Positions 9,616 to 19,447 of a stretch of 64,000 nt of DNA are shown piece after piece. The first letter of the stretch is position 1, and every line of letters begins with the position of its first letter. Source of the stretch: Patescibacteria group bacterium (GTDB taxonomy: Bacteria > Patescibacteriota > Minisyncoccia > Phycocordibacterales > PALSA-1337); NCBI GenBank assembly GCA_038065415.1, contig JBBTRA010000005.1, positions 8,079 to 72,078 of the forward strand. The letters are read 5' to 3'. The position numbers were made by a program, and so were the translations under genes. A model generated the notes under the pieces. The model ran no database searches and was not told the origin of the DNA. It saw only the letters and a program-made list of their open reading frames with translations.

Positions 9616-10536
9616 ATGCACAAACTCCTTCTTCTTATCACTATACTTCTTGTTCCGCATGCTGCTTTTGCAGCTGTGATCTCTTTTGATCCACAGGAGA
9701 CCACGGTAGGGATGAGTACACCGTTCTTGGTCGGCATCACTATCGATTCAGACACACCCGTCAACACCATCCGTGGCGTCATCGATGTGCCCGAATCTAT
9801 GGAGGTGGTCGATGCGTCGGATGGAAATTCAATCATCAATCTTTGGATCGAACGTCCATATATCAACGATGCACGCCAACTGGTATTCTCAGGCATCGTT
9901 CCGGGTGGATTCGAGGGGTATCGCGGCAAGCTTCTTACACTCACCATCCAGGCAAAAAGGGAAGGTGTCGCCCGCTTCATCGTCAATCCGTCTTCACGCA
10001 TATATAAGAATGATGAATCCGCATCACCACAGCCCATAATATCGCGCCCGCTCGATCTCCGGGTGTCGGCAGGAAGGGATAATATATCGAATGAGATTCC
10101 TGATACCGCTTTGCCAGAACGATTCATGCCGGTGGTCGCTCTCATACCCGATGGGTCATCAGACACTCAGGCGACCTCGTCGATCGAGTCTGGACACTGG
10201 GCGGTCTCTTTTGTGGCTCAGGACAAAGGATCGGGCATCGCCGGGTATGCAGTAGCTGAATCCTTCTCCAGGATCGAACCTGCAGATGAACGGAAAGTTC
10301 GTCGGCTGTCCTGGAGAGATGCAGAGAGTCCGTATGTATTGGCAGATCAGAGACTTTCTTCGTATGTGTATGTGAAGGCGATCGACAAGGAGGGGAATGT
10401 CCGTATCGAACGCCTCGATCCTCAACAGCCACGCCCGTGGTATAGAACGGCGTTAGGTTATATACTTATAGCACTTATAGCTCTCATCATCCTCAATGCA
10501 CTCCGTACCCGCATCAATATCAGCCGAAGGAAATAG
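9616..10536 (+). CDS. Cohesin-domain membrane protein
   Basis: Signal peptide (AFA); GNSIINLWIERP, FSGIVPGG cohesin-like signature; DKGSGIAGY...VKAIDKEGN Ig module; C-terminal TM helix. Confidence 0.75.
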   Translation: MHKLLLLITILLVPHAAFAAVISFDPQETTVGMSTPFLVGITIDSDTPVNTIRGVIDVPESMEVVDASDGNSIINLWIERPYINDARQLVFSGIVPGGFEGYRGKLLTLTIQAKREGVARFIVNPSSRIYKNDESASPQPIISRPLDLRVSAGRDNISNEIPDTALPERFMPVVALIPDGSSDTQATSSIESGHWAVSFVAQDKGSGIAGYAVAESFSRIEPADERKVRRLSWRDAESPYVLADQRLSSYVYVKAIDKEGNVRIERLDPQQPRPWYRTALGYILIALIALIILNALRTRINISRRK

Positions 10537-11947
10537 GTCATCTATCAGTGCACTCCTCCGTCTCGTGGTGGGGGGTCTATGTGCTCTCATCATCGTCCTT
10601 AGCGGGTTTGTCCAAGCTGACGCCGCCACACTCACACTTTCCCCGGTGACGGGGGCTGATTCATATGGTGTCGGTACACTCTTTTCAGTGAATGTCATAG
10701 TTTCGACATCACAAGCGGAGTCCATGAATGCAGTCTCGGGCACAGTCTTGTACCCAAAAAATCTGCTCGAGCTAGTATCTGTCGATAAGATTGGGAGCAT
10801 CATCAATTTTTGGATTGGCGAACCAGTGTATTCCAATGCTACCGGTCAAGCTCAGTTTGAGGGAGGAGTATATAATCCAGGATTCACCGGAGCTCAGGGC
10901 AAGATTGTAACCATGCTCTTCAGAGCCAAGGCCGCAGGTACTGCGGACATATCATTTGAAAATGCATCCATTTTGGCCAATGATGGTTTGGGTACCAACA
11001 TACTCTCACAGAGTAAGCCTGTGCGTCTTTCGATCCGGGCTGCCGTCCAAGAACCGCGCATAGAGCCTGGCGTGACTATCGCTGTCCGTTCTGCGACGCA
11101 TCCTGATCAGTCTGTGTGGTATGCCTCGAACATGGCGCTATTCACCTGGACGGTACCCGCGGGTGTGACGGCGATTCGTACGAGTTATGATCAGAACTCG
11201 CAGTCGACACCAACCCAGTCGCAGAGCATCGATACTCCCGAGACGACAGTTACTCTGACGGATGGGACGTGGTATTTCCATATTCAAGGCCGTGATGCAA
11301 AAGGATGGGGTCCCGTAACTCATTATCGTGTGCAGATCGACATGAGTGCGGTCAATCCTCCGGTGTTCGATCGATTCCCCGCACTCCTTACCGAAGGTGA
11401 TGTATTGCTCATATCAGGATCGGCAGTGAAGAACTCTACGGTAAAACTCTATCTTCGAGGGGGTTCTGGTTATGCAGCTGAACAGAGTACTCGCACGGGT
11501 GAAGATGGTAGATTCCAGGCGGTCTGGAATGCACAGCTCGAAAATGACACCTATGCTCTCAGTGCTGATGTCACAACTTCTCGCGGCCTGATCAGCAAGC
11601 GCAGTGCAGATCGTCCGATCATGGTCCAACCGACGACACTCGAACGTGTCACCAAGCCTGTTCTCAACTACGCACTCATATTCGCTGTCCTTGTAGGTAT
11701 AGCCTTCCTCTGTGCGCTTTGGACTTGGTATCTCTTGCATGGGTTCGGTCGTTTCCGTAAGAAGATCAAGGCAGATGTCAGGAAGACCAACCAGCTCATC
11801 CATGTCGAGTTCAAGAAATTGCTCGAACGCGCACATAGCAGGCGTAAGTTGACAGCAGAAGAGGAGAGGATGATGTCGATCATACGGGAGAATATTCATG
11901 AAGCAGAAGAAGAGATTGAGAAGGATGTGAAGGAAATAGGGCAGTAA
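10496..11947 (+). CDS. Cohesin-domain membrane protein
   Basis: MNAVSGTVLYP..LLE, GSIINFW, ILANDGLGT, SATHPDQ..WY, DGTWYFH; Ig domain, TM helix, charged cytoplasmic tail; start codon uncertain. Confidence 0.75.
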   Translation: MHSVPASISAEGNRSSISALLRLVVGGLCALIIVLSGFVQADAATLTLSPVTGADSYGVGTLFSVNVIVSTSQAESMNAVSGTVLYPKNLLELVSVDKIGSIINFWIGEPVYSNATGQAQFEGGVYNPGFTGAQGKIVTMLFRAKAAGTADISFENASILANDGLGTNILSQSKPVRLSIRAAVQEPRIEPGVTIAVRSATHPDQSVWYASNMALFTWTVPAGVTAIRTSYDQNSQSTPTQSQSIDTPETTVTLTDGTWYFHIQGRDAKGWGPVTHYRVQIDMSAVNPPVFDRFPALLTEGDVLLISGSAVKNSTVKLYLRGGSGYAAEQSTRTGEDGRFQAVWNAQLENDTYALSADVTTSRGLISKRSADRPIMVQPTTLERVTKPVLNYALIFAVLVGIAFLCALWTWYLLHGFGRFRKKIKADVRKTNQLIHVEFKKLLERAHSRRKLTAEEERMMSIIRENIHEAEEEIEKDVKEIGQ

Positions 11948-11965
11948 AAAACATAATCTAGCAAG

Positions 11966-11994
11966 TAGACATTGCAAAACCGTTCACATACAAT
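11966..11994 (+). promoter_or_regulatory. Sigma70 promoter of pyrG (leaderless type)
   Basis: TAGACA-17 bp-TACAAT, then 6 nt to ATG 12001. Confidence 0.6.
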
Positions 11995-12000
11995 AGCTTC

Positions 12001-13812
12001 ATGAAACGACGGGCGCGCCCGCAGAATGGCAGACATGGAAGCACCAAGGCGAAGAAACATTCGCAGCGCATATTGAAGCCCCACCACAAATACATATTCG
12101 TCGTCGGAGGTGTCATGTCCGGCGTGGGTAAGGGCGTGGCCACTTCGTCTATCGGTACACTCTTGGCCGCAAAAGGTTGGACGGTCAATCTTGCGAAGGT
12201 AGATCCATATCTCAATGTGGATGCCGGTACTATGAACCCGACCGAGCACGGGGAAGTCTTCGTGCTCGACAATGGTCTCGAGACTGATCAGGACATGGGC
12301 AACTATGAGCGCTTCCTCAACCGCGACCTGACGGGCGATGACTACATCACCAGCGGCATGGTCTACAAGCATGTGATCGAGAAGGAGCGTGCTCTCGGCT
12401 ATGGCGGCAAATGTGTTGAGGCCATACCTCATATCCGCGATGAGATCGTCAGACGTTTTGAACACAGTGCCAAGGTCAACAAATCCGACATCTCTATCAT
12501 CGAGATTGGGGGAACGGTGGGCGACTACCAGAACATCATGTTCATAGAAGCGGCTCGTGTGCTCAAGATCCGTCATCCCAATGATGTGATCTTTATTATG
12601 GTCTCGTATCTACCAGTGCCGGGTACGCTGGGTGAGATGAAGACTCGTCCGACCCAGAATGCCGTGCATCAGTTGGCTTCATATGGCGTGACTGCAGACA
12701 TCATCATCGCCCGTGCAGATATGCCGCTCGATGATCGCCGCAAAGAGAAGATCGCAGTCGCATGCAATCTTCCCGCAAAGAGAGTCATCTCGGCTCCTGA
12801 TATCGAGAGCATCTATGATGTGCCGATCAATTTTGAACGCGACCGTCTCGGTGATATTGTGCTCGAGGCTTTGAATGTGCCGTTCGGCGAGCGCTCGGGT
12901 GCGCTCAAGGATGAACCGCTCATCTCCATGGATGCATGGAAGAAGATGACCAAAGGTATCAAGAACTATGTCGATAAGCCACTCAAGATAGCAATCGTGG
13001 GAAAATATTTTAATACAGGAGATTTCGTGCTGACAGATGCATATATCTCAGTCTTGGAAGCAATCAAATTTTCGGGATATGCGGCACAGGTGAAGCCAAT
13101 CATTCATACTGTCAATGCGAGAGACTTCGAAAAGGGGTCTGTTGGCGATGCTGCATATGCCAAGCTCGACGAGATGGATGGGGTCATCGTTCCGGGTGGA
13201 TTTGGCGAGAGCGGTATCGAAGGTAAGCTCAATGTGATCAGATATTGCCGCGAAAACAAGATACCGTATTTCGGCCTTTGTTATGGTATGCAACTCATGA
13301 CTATCGAGTACGCCCGCAATGTACTTGGGCTCGCCGGTGCACACACAGCGGAAATAGACCCGAAGTCGCCGCATCTCATTATCGATATCATGCCCGATCA
13401 AAAGAAGAAGATTGCTACGGGAGACTACGGGGGCTCGATGCGTCTCGGTTTGTATCCTGCCAAGTTGACCAAAGGATCGGTTGCACAGGAGGCGTATTCA
13501 CAGTTTGCTGGCAAGCCGCTTCCGCGCCCGACGACGGTCATCAGGGAACGACATCGCCATCGCTATGAGGTCAATCCGAAGTATATCGATCGTATCGAAA
13601 AGGGAGGACTCGTATTCTCGGGCAAGTCTCCTGATGGAACCCTCATGGAGATTGCTGAGTTGCCGCGCACAGAACATCCGTTTTTCCTGGGCACCCAGTT
13701 TCACCCAGAATTCCTCGCTCGACCACTCATGCCACATCCGTTGTTCACCGAATTTTTGAAGGCAGCAAAGATAAAAAAGGGGAAGGTGGTTGTTACAGAA
13801 AATATCGGGTAA
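12001..13812 (+). CDS. pyrG: CTP synthase
   Basis: KYIFVVGGVMSGVGKG, DPYLNVDAGTMNPTEHGEVFV, GLCYGMQ, ERHRHRYE, QFHPEF. Confidence 0.98.
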   Translation: MKRRARPQNGRHGSTKAKKHSQRILKPHHKYIFVVGGVMSGVGKGVATSSIGTLLAAKGWTVNLAKVDPYLNVDAGTMNPTEHGEVFVLDNGLETDQDMGNYERFLNRDLTGDDYITSGMVYKHVIEKERALGYGGKCVEAIPHIRDEIVRRFEHSAKVNKSDISIIEIGGTVGDYQNIMFIEAARVLKIRHPNDVIFIMVSYLPVPGTLGEMKTRPTQNAVHQLASYGVTADIIIARADMPLDDRRKEKIAVACNLPAKRVISAPDIESIYDVPINFERDRLGDIVLEALNVPFGERSGALKDEPLISMDAWKKMTKGIKNYVDKPLKIAIVGKYFNTGDFVLTDAYISVLEAIKFSGYAAQVKPIIHTVNARDFEKGSVGDAAYAKLDEMDGVIVPGGFGESGIEGKLNVIRYCRENKIPYFGLCYGMQLMTIEYARNVLGLAGAHTAEIDPKSPHLIIDIMPDQKKKIATGDYGGSMRLGLYPAKLTKGSVAQEAYSQFAGKPLPRPTTVIRERHRHRYEVNPKYIDRIEKGGLVFSGKSPDGTLMEIAELPRTEHPFFLGTQFHPEFLARPLMPHPLFTEFLKAAKIKKGKVVVTENIG

Positions 13813-13840
13813 TGCTATAGGCGTGTGCTAGAATACTCGC

Positions 13841-14722
13841 ATGACATCAGTCGGTATAGGAATACTTCTCTCGATCGTCGCGATGCTCTCATGGGGATTC
13901 GGCGATTTTTTGATCCAGAAGAATACCCGCAAGATAGGTAATTGGGAGACTCTCTTTTTCATAACATTTTTTGGTGCGGTGGTTCTGTTACCATTTTGTT
14001 TCAGGGAAGTCATCGCAGTACTCAGTGATCTGGGTAATGGCGGGATGACCCTACTTATTGCATGCGTCACTCTCTTTATTGCAGCAATTGTCGACTTCGA
14101 GGCTTTGAGACAGGGTAAGCTGGCGGTGATTGAACCAGTGTGGTCTTTTGAAATTCCTGTCACTTCAGCGTTGGCATTCTTTATTTTGGGTGAAAAGGTG
14201 ACAGTGCTCGAACTTATCTTGGTCGCCTTGTTGGTCGTTTTCCTCATACTTGTCTCATTCAATCAGAATAGATTTTCCAAGAAGTTTCTTCTCGAAAAAG
14301 GAGTCGTGCTCGCATTTGTCGGGGCGCTATTCATGGGGTCTGCGAACTTCTTCGTGGGATGGGGTGCGCGCCTCACAGATCCGGTCACCATCAACTTTAT
14401 CGTCGATGCATTCTTGATGCTTATTTGTCTGGCGGTATTGTTGTTTCGAGGCAATTACAAGAAGACGGTGTCTGATATGAAGAATAATCTCGGAACTTTG
14501 TTGCCTATGTCGATCGCAGACAAAGTCGCCTGGCTCGCATTTGCAGGAGCGATGGTGCTTGCGCCGATAGCGATATCGACAGCACTCAGTCAAAGCTACA
14601 TCATTATCGCGGTTATCCTCGGTATGACTATCAACAAGGAGAAGCTCTATCGTCATCAATGGCTGGGTATGTTCGGCGCCATTGCAACCGCTATTGCGTT
14701 GGCACTTATCACCTCTCACTAA
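13841..14722 (+). CDS. EamA/DMT family transporter
   Basis: About 10 TM helices in two repeats; WGFGDF, ILGEK, INKEKL. Confidence 0.85.
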   Translation: MTSVGIGILLSIVAMLSWGFGDFLIQKNTRKIGNWETLFFITFFGAVVLLPFCFREVIAVLSDLGNGGMTLLIACVTLFIAAIVDFEALRQGKLAVIEPVWSFEIPVTSALAFFILGEKVTVLELILVALLVVFLILVSFNQNRFSKKFLLEKGVVLAFVGALFMGSANFFVGWGARLTDPVTINFIVDAFLMLICLAVLLFRGNYKKTVSDMKNNLGTLLPMSIADKVAWLAFAGAMVLAPIAISTALSQSYIIIAVILGMTINKEKLYRHQWLGMFGAIATAIALALITSH

Positions 14723-14765
14723 AAAACCCGCTCAGGTGAGCGAGTTCGGTTCATTCAGGGCTTCT

Positions 14766-15392
14766 TCAGATATCCTTCCAGAGAAAGACCTCTTTCTTTT
14801 TCTTCACGGCGTCGAGGTGGATATAGCCTTCAGGATTGTACAGCTCTGGGCCGATGACGCAGTGCATCCGGTAACGGTGATATATGTCCGTGAGTCCGAG
14901 GCGCTTGTCTGAAGGCGTGGGTGGCGATGTCTCCCAGGTGCTGCCTTGCCACTTGGAGAGCTCGTAGAGGGAGGTGTCACACCAGTCGAGCTCTTCGCGG
15001 AGGCCGCGCTCTATTGCCGTGCGCCCGTTCTCGATCCGACCGTCCCAATACCTCTGCATGGTCTCGCCGAGAGACCCTTCGAACGGCCTGCTCTTGTAGT
15101 GGACACGTCCTAGGTGCGCACTGTCGAGGTTGAGCTGGTAGGCCTCATAGAGCTCATGCATGCGCTCGTCAATGTATCCGATGTAGGGTACGGCGACCAT
15201 GATGTGGAGCGTGAGGCGGCCATTCTCCCAGTGGAGTGTTACGGCTTCCTCGCGAATCATAGTCAAGAAGTCTTCCAAGGCGCCATTCTCGGTCTGGGGC
15301 CACTTGTGCACGGGTATCCGTGCTTTGACGAGAGCTGCGGGTATGTCTGCGACACCGATTCCGGGTGAACTGACAGGTATCAATATGTCCAT
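14766..15392 (-). CDS. Hypothetical protein with degenerate Nudix-like box
   Basis: E...TAIERGLREEL resembles the Nudix helix; start placed at ATG 15392 because the longer ORF overlaps the tRNA. Confidence 0.55.
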   Translation of the reverse strand: MDILIPVSSPGIGVADIPAALVKARIPVHKWPQTENGALEDFLTMIREEAVTLHWENGRLTLHIMVAVPYIGYIDERMHELYEAYQLNLDSAHLGRVHYKSRPFEGSLGETMQRYWDGRIENGRTAIERGLREELDWCDTSLYELSKWQGSTWETSPPTPSDKRLGLTDIYHRYRMHCVIGPELYNPEGYIHLDAVKKKKEVFLWKDI

Positions 15393-15500
15393 ATGTCGAT
15401 CCTTTGGTTGTGCGTTGTGCCTGCGTTTGCTTGTTTTATACTCTTTTTTGGGGTATTCTGCAAGGTACGCCGTTTCGGGCTTTTTTACATATATAGATAT

Positions 15501-15571
15501 TGCGGGATCGTCTAATGGTAGGACACAGCTCTCTGAAAGCTGGTATCTTGGTTCGAGTCCAAGTCCCGCAG
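15501..15571 (+). tRNA. tRNA-Gln (anticodon CTG)
   Basis: Acceptor TGCGGGA/TCCCGCA, D-loop AATGGTA, anticodon stem CAGCT/AGCTG with loop CTCTGAA, T-arm CTTGG-TTCGAGT-CCAAG; CCA not encoded. Confidence 0.95.
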
Positions 15572-15635
15572 CACGTAGACAAAGTTCGAACATGAACTAG
15601 GCATGCCCACATGCTGCAGTCACTCAGAATCGAAT

Positions 15636-15791
15636 CTATTTAGATACTTTTCTGGTCTTTATCCTCTCATTCATTCTCATCATTTTGGCTATGTACGTCA
15701 CCTTGCGGTATATCGCTCCAAGCCCTTTCATCATGGCTTCTATTTGGCTCATGATCTCTATTGGAGATGCGTCGCTGGGAATGTAAGACAT
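15636..15791 (-). CDS. Putative 51-aa small protein (not in ORF track)
   Basis: MSYIPSDASPIEIMSQIEAMMKGLGAIYRKVTYIAKMMRMNERIKTRKVSK*, preceded by an A/C-rich leader (AAACAACACAAACG) like other genes in the window. Confidence 0.35.
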   Translation of the reverse strand: MSYIPSDASPIEIMSQIEAMMKGLGAIYRKVTYIAKMMRMNERIKTRKVSK

Positions 15792-15993
15792 CGTTTGTGT
15801 TGTTTACCCGCTCGCAGTTCGACTAGCTCTGCGAGCACAGCTCGTGCGGTGATATGGGCTGTGCGGGAGATAGTGTATTCTGTAGAAGAGGGGGATGGTA
15901 GACGGGTAGATTTGCCGGGAGTGGTAAGTTCACGAGTCTATGTACTTTCAGGAAAATAGGGTATAGAATCATCACTATTCACCAACCTCTAAA

Positions 15994-16887
15994 ATGATTC
16001 AATTTGCAACGAGTACAATAAATGCAATGGATTTGATTACACTCTCACAAAGTATTGCACAGCTTAATTTAGGCTATCTTGGAATATCGGTAGCTATTCT
16101 GGGTGTACTGGGCGGAGTGTTTGTTTATTTTAATATAAGACCTTTAAAAGAAACTCTGGAGAAGCAAGAAAAGAAGATTGAAGAATTAAAGAAAGAAGCA
16201 CAGGGTCTGTTAAAACAGTCTTTAGAACAATCCTCAGTAACCTTGGAAGCTTTTAAAAAACAACAGGTTGAACTGCTCTCGACAAGATTTAAACAGCAAG
16301 AACAAAATATTGCTCTTGAAACTACAAATAAGATTCAAGACTTGGAAAAAATACTTTTGATAACGATTGACAATGTGTCTGAAACTAAAGACACGAAACT
16401 AAGAGAGATTATATTGTCTAAGACCAATAACTTAATATCAGAAAAAGAGAAGGATTTAATAATGCAGATTACTAATACACGAGAATCTGTAACTAAGGAA
16501 ATTTCGCAAACCAACACAAGTATTGCGAGTTTGAGGGCACATTTTAAACAAGTTCACGAAAGAGTTAAGGAACTACAAGTTTATAAGTATAGCAAGGAAG
16601 GAAAAATGGGTGCCGTAATTTTTTCAACCGAGCTGCTCAAAGATGCAATCGACGATTATTTTAACTTGAGAAAGACCACGCCTTCTGTTGATAAGAATTT
16701 AGGTGGTTGGAAGATAGAGTTGAGATTAGATGAATTGTTGAAGGAAATTGGAGACAATATAATGGAGGGGGAATATGCGTCAGAAATCCTCGCTCAACTT
16801 GATAGGCTTATGAATGAAAAAATATTTGCGGATAAAATTGAAAATATCAGGAAGATGTGTAAGCTGGAAAAACATCCACGGCTGTAA
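15994..16887 (+). CDS. Hypothetical membrane-anchored coiled-coil protein (AT-rich island)
   Basis: N-terminal TM helix followed by long K/E/Q-rich helical region. Confidence 0.7.
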   Translation: MIQFATSTINAMDLITLSQSIAQLNLGYLGISVAILGVLGGVFVYFNIRPLKETLEKQEKKIEELKKEAQGLLKQSLEQSSVTLEAFKKQQVELLSTRFKQQEQNIALETTNKIQDLEKILLITIDNVSETKDTKLREIILSKTNNLISEKEKDLIMQITNTRESVTKEISQTNTSIASLRAHFKQVHERVKELQVYKYSKEGKMGAVIFSTELLKDAIDDYFNLRKTTPSVDKNLGGWKIELRLDELLKEIGDNIMEGEYASEILAQLDRLMNEKIFADKIENIRKMCKLEKHPRL

Positions 16888-16978
16888 ATTAAATCGCGTA
16901 GATGGTTAAACGAGAAGGTCCTGAAATATGGCCATTACTGTCTTAACTTTAAAACCCCTTCATTACTCGCGGCTCACC

Positions 16979-17383
16979 TCACTTTTTCCAATTGATTCCC
17001 GTGATGATAATAGAAGCCAGAACAATGAGTGGAACAGAAAGCATAAGTATAAAGGAAACAATAGTTGAACCGCCCCAGAAGTAAACTTGCCATCCAGAGA
17101 GGGTATTGTTCTGGGTTGAGAGTGCTGCAAGGGTGAGAGGGATAATGTAGGAAGCAATTCCGATGACGACCCAAGTATTGGTGAATTTTAGTGCACGTTC
17201 ACTCAGTTTATCTCCCAATATGGCAAAGAAAATATAGTCGACAACATAAGCAACAACGATAATACAACCCGATAGTGAAATATTCTGGTTGATGGATAGG
17301 GCCAGAAATAGAACGAGAATGGTGATCGTAAACTGAAGTCGAGTCTCAATCCTATCTATAAGCCTATCCTTACTTACTGTCAT
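16979..17383 (-). CDS. Hypothetical 4-TM membrane protein
   Basis: Four hydrophobic segments; ATG 17383 overlaps the end of the upstream small ORF. Confidence 0.6.
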   Translation of the reverse strand: MTVSKDRLIDRIETRLQFTITILVLFLALSINQNISLSGCIIVVAYVVDYIFFAILGDKLSERALKFTNTWVVIGIASYIIPLTLAALSTQNNTLSGWQVYFWGGSTIVSFILMLSVPLIVLASIIITGINWKK

Positions 17384-17537
17384 GTTGGTGATCTGGCTTA
17401 AAGAGAGTAGCTTCAATCTCTGGATGTTTCTCGGCCATGCGGATAGCCTCCTTTACGGCATTAATATTGCGCTGACCTCGGGTCTTTCCAGGCATCTTTG
17501 TTGCGTCTACTACATTGTATATTACCCTCGGCTTCAT
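17370..17537 (-). CDS. Putative 55-aa small protein (not in ORF track)
   Basis: MKPRVIYNVVDATKMPGKTRGQRNINAVKEAIRMAEKHPEIEATLFKPDHQHDSK*; TAAAAT-6 nt-ATG leaderless signature; 14-nt overlap with next gene. Confidence 0.5.
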   Translation of the reverse strand: MKPRVIYNVVDATKMPGKTRGQRNINAVKEAIRMAEKHPEIEATLFKPDHQHDSK

Positions 17538-17797
17538 GCGCCTATTTTACTTCCTATGCGAAATAGTTGCCACTCCTGGCAAATCCACCCCTCTTCACTC
17601 AGTTCCACATATCATCGATACTACCGGAATGATATAACAGGAACCAATCAGACAAGGTGAAGGAAGGGGACATACAGACGCTTCGAAAGAAGTGGTAGAT
17701 TGCTCTTATCAATTTATCATTTGTATTGTATAATGTTCGAACGTCGTCCTTATAACCCAGCCAACTTGAGATAGGTTTGGAGTCCGAGAAGCATATT

Positions 17798-18367
17798 ATG
17801 GACAGCGATATATATAAACAACAAATAGATTTCTACACTCTTGAGTTAGAGAAGATTGGGAAAATCCTTTCGGATCAGACTGCTGGAACAGGCACCTTGC
17901 TTACAATTGTCGGTCTCTTGTCTTTTCTCCCTCAGCTACTGATTACAAATAATGAATACATCTCATACTTTTTACTTTGGACATTTTGGATTCTAATAAT
18001 AGCTATTGCTACTTACTGGCCAGCTTCTCTCAGAGTTTCCTCAATTGTAAAAGGACACCCTTTTGCTAGCACTGGTTCATCATTGGAAATTGAAATTCTA
18101 AAAAACAGAAATGACTATTTTGATATAGTTTGGAAAAAGTCTGTTGAGAATCATGATGCTGTCCTATTTTGGAATAGTGTGAGTAAGTCCTTGCTGTATG
18201 CGTATTTATTCTCGCTCGTATCGAACTTTTATGTGTTCGTTTTCCATGGAACTCCAGATTTTTGTACTTCGTTGACACTACTCACAATCTCTGTAATTAT
18301 TGCTTTGCTTCTTTTTTGGATACCGCGAATGAAGTCACAGAAAGGTAGAGTTATAGGTGATAAATAA
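17798..18367 (+). CDS. Hypothetical 4-TM membrane protein
   Basis: Two TM pairs separated by a soluble loop; AT-rich. Confidence 0.65.
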   Translation: MDSDIYKQQIDFYTLELEKIGKILSDQTAGTGTLLTIVGLLSFLPQLLITNNEYISYFLLWTFWILIIAIATYWPASLRVSSIVKGHPFASTGSSLEIEILKNRNDYFDIVWKKSVENHDAVLFWNSVSKSLLYAYLFSLVSNFYVFVFHGTPDFCTSLTLLTISVIIALLLFWIPRMKSQKGRVIGDK

Positions 18368-18481
18368 TCCATTCCGAGGAGCATCAAAGTGCTATAATTA
18401 GTTTCATCAAAATAACCTTGTGGGGTAAGGCATAGAAATGTCCGAATCCGATGAGGTCAGCACTTAAATTAAGTTATTACT

Positions 18482-19447
18482 ATGTCCCAAAGTTCGCAAA
18501 AAATTTATGAGAATTTACGTAGTATAGATGATGTTAATAGATTAATTGTAGAAAAAACAACAGAGGGATTGTATTTAGAATTCAAAGAAAAAAGTAATAA
18601 ATCACAACCAGATCTGAGTAACTCTGATAAAGAGAATTTTAGTGAAGCGTTATCTCAGTTTGCAAACTCAGACGGTGGAGTTTTAATTTTTGGAGTTAAA
18701 ACATCTAAGCCAAATGATTATGCTTCAGAATTATCTCCCATAATAAATCCGAAGGAGTTTCTTCATAGACTTTTAGATTTCGCATTGTATGCTGTACAAC
18801 CAAGTGTTGATGAGTTAGAAGGGAAAGTAATTGATAATGACGACAAGTCCGGATTTGTCATATTTCTGATACCTGCTAGTCTGAAGACTCCACATCGATC
18901 ACTTGTTACTAGGGAGTATCTTAAAAGAGGTCAAAATGGTAAATATAAAATGGAACATTTTGACCTTGAGGATATGTTCGGTAGAAGACAAAAACCATCT
19001 TTGTCTATCGAATTAATACCAGTTACTAAAAAGAAGTTATCACTTTTACATGAAGATAAAAGTGTAATTGGGTATTTAGGGTCACTTGAATATGATATTT
19101 TTATTCATAACGATGGTAGAGCTGTTGCAAAAAACTCACTTCTCATACTAACCTCGTCCAGTGATAAACTTGCAAAGTTCGAGGTAGTCCCTACACATGG
19201 TTCAGGTGCTGTTGTATCTAATATTTCAACCATTCGATTAGGGACGCCCACAGTTCAAATCTCTCTTGTAAATTCAATCTTTTACCCTACTGTAGCTGGA
19301 AGAATAGCAACACTTAAACTGAGAATAAGTATTTCTGATTTTGATTCTATGAATAATGTCCCAATTTCGTGGGCTGTGTATGCTGAAGATATGGCAAGTA
19401 AAATAGGTGTTGTTAATGTTGAATTCAAAAATCAAATCGAATTCTAA
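18482..19447 (+). CDS. Schlafen/AlbA_2-domain protein with C-terminal beta-rich domain
   Basis: EGLYLEFKE, SQFANSDGGVLIFGV, IPAS..TPH, Y.KR motifs. Confidence 0.85.
   Translation: MSQSSQKIYENLRSIDDVNRLIVEKTTEGLYLEFKEKSNKSQPDLSNSDKENFSEALSQFANSDGGVLIFGVKTSKPNDYASELSPIINPKEFLHRLLDFALYAVQPSVDELEGKVIDNDDKSGFVIFLIPASLKTPHRSLVTREYLKRGQNGKYKMEHFDLEDMFGRRQKPSLSIELIPVTKKKLSLLHEDKSVIGYLGSLEYDIFIHNDGRAVAKNSLLILTSSSDKLAKFEVVPTHGSGAVVSNISTIRLGTPTVQISLVNSIFYPTVAGRIATLKLRISISDFDSMNNVPISWAVYAEDMASKIGVVNVEFKNQIEF

Noticed and set aside
15393-15593. N-terminal extension of the 14766..15593 ORF
   Set aside because: It runs antisense through tRNA-Gln; ATG 15392 is the more plausible start.
15603-15959. 118-aa plus-strand ORF after the tRNA
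   Set aside because: No recognisable motif or expression signal; it overlaps a better-supported minus-strand small ORF.
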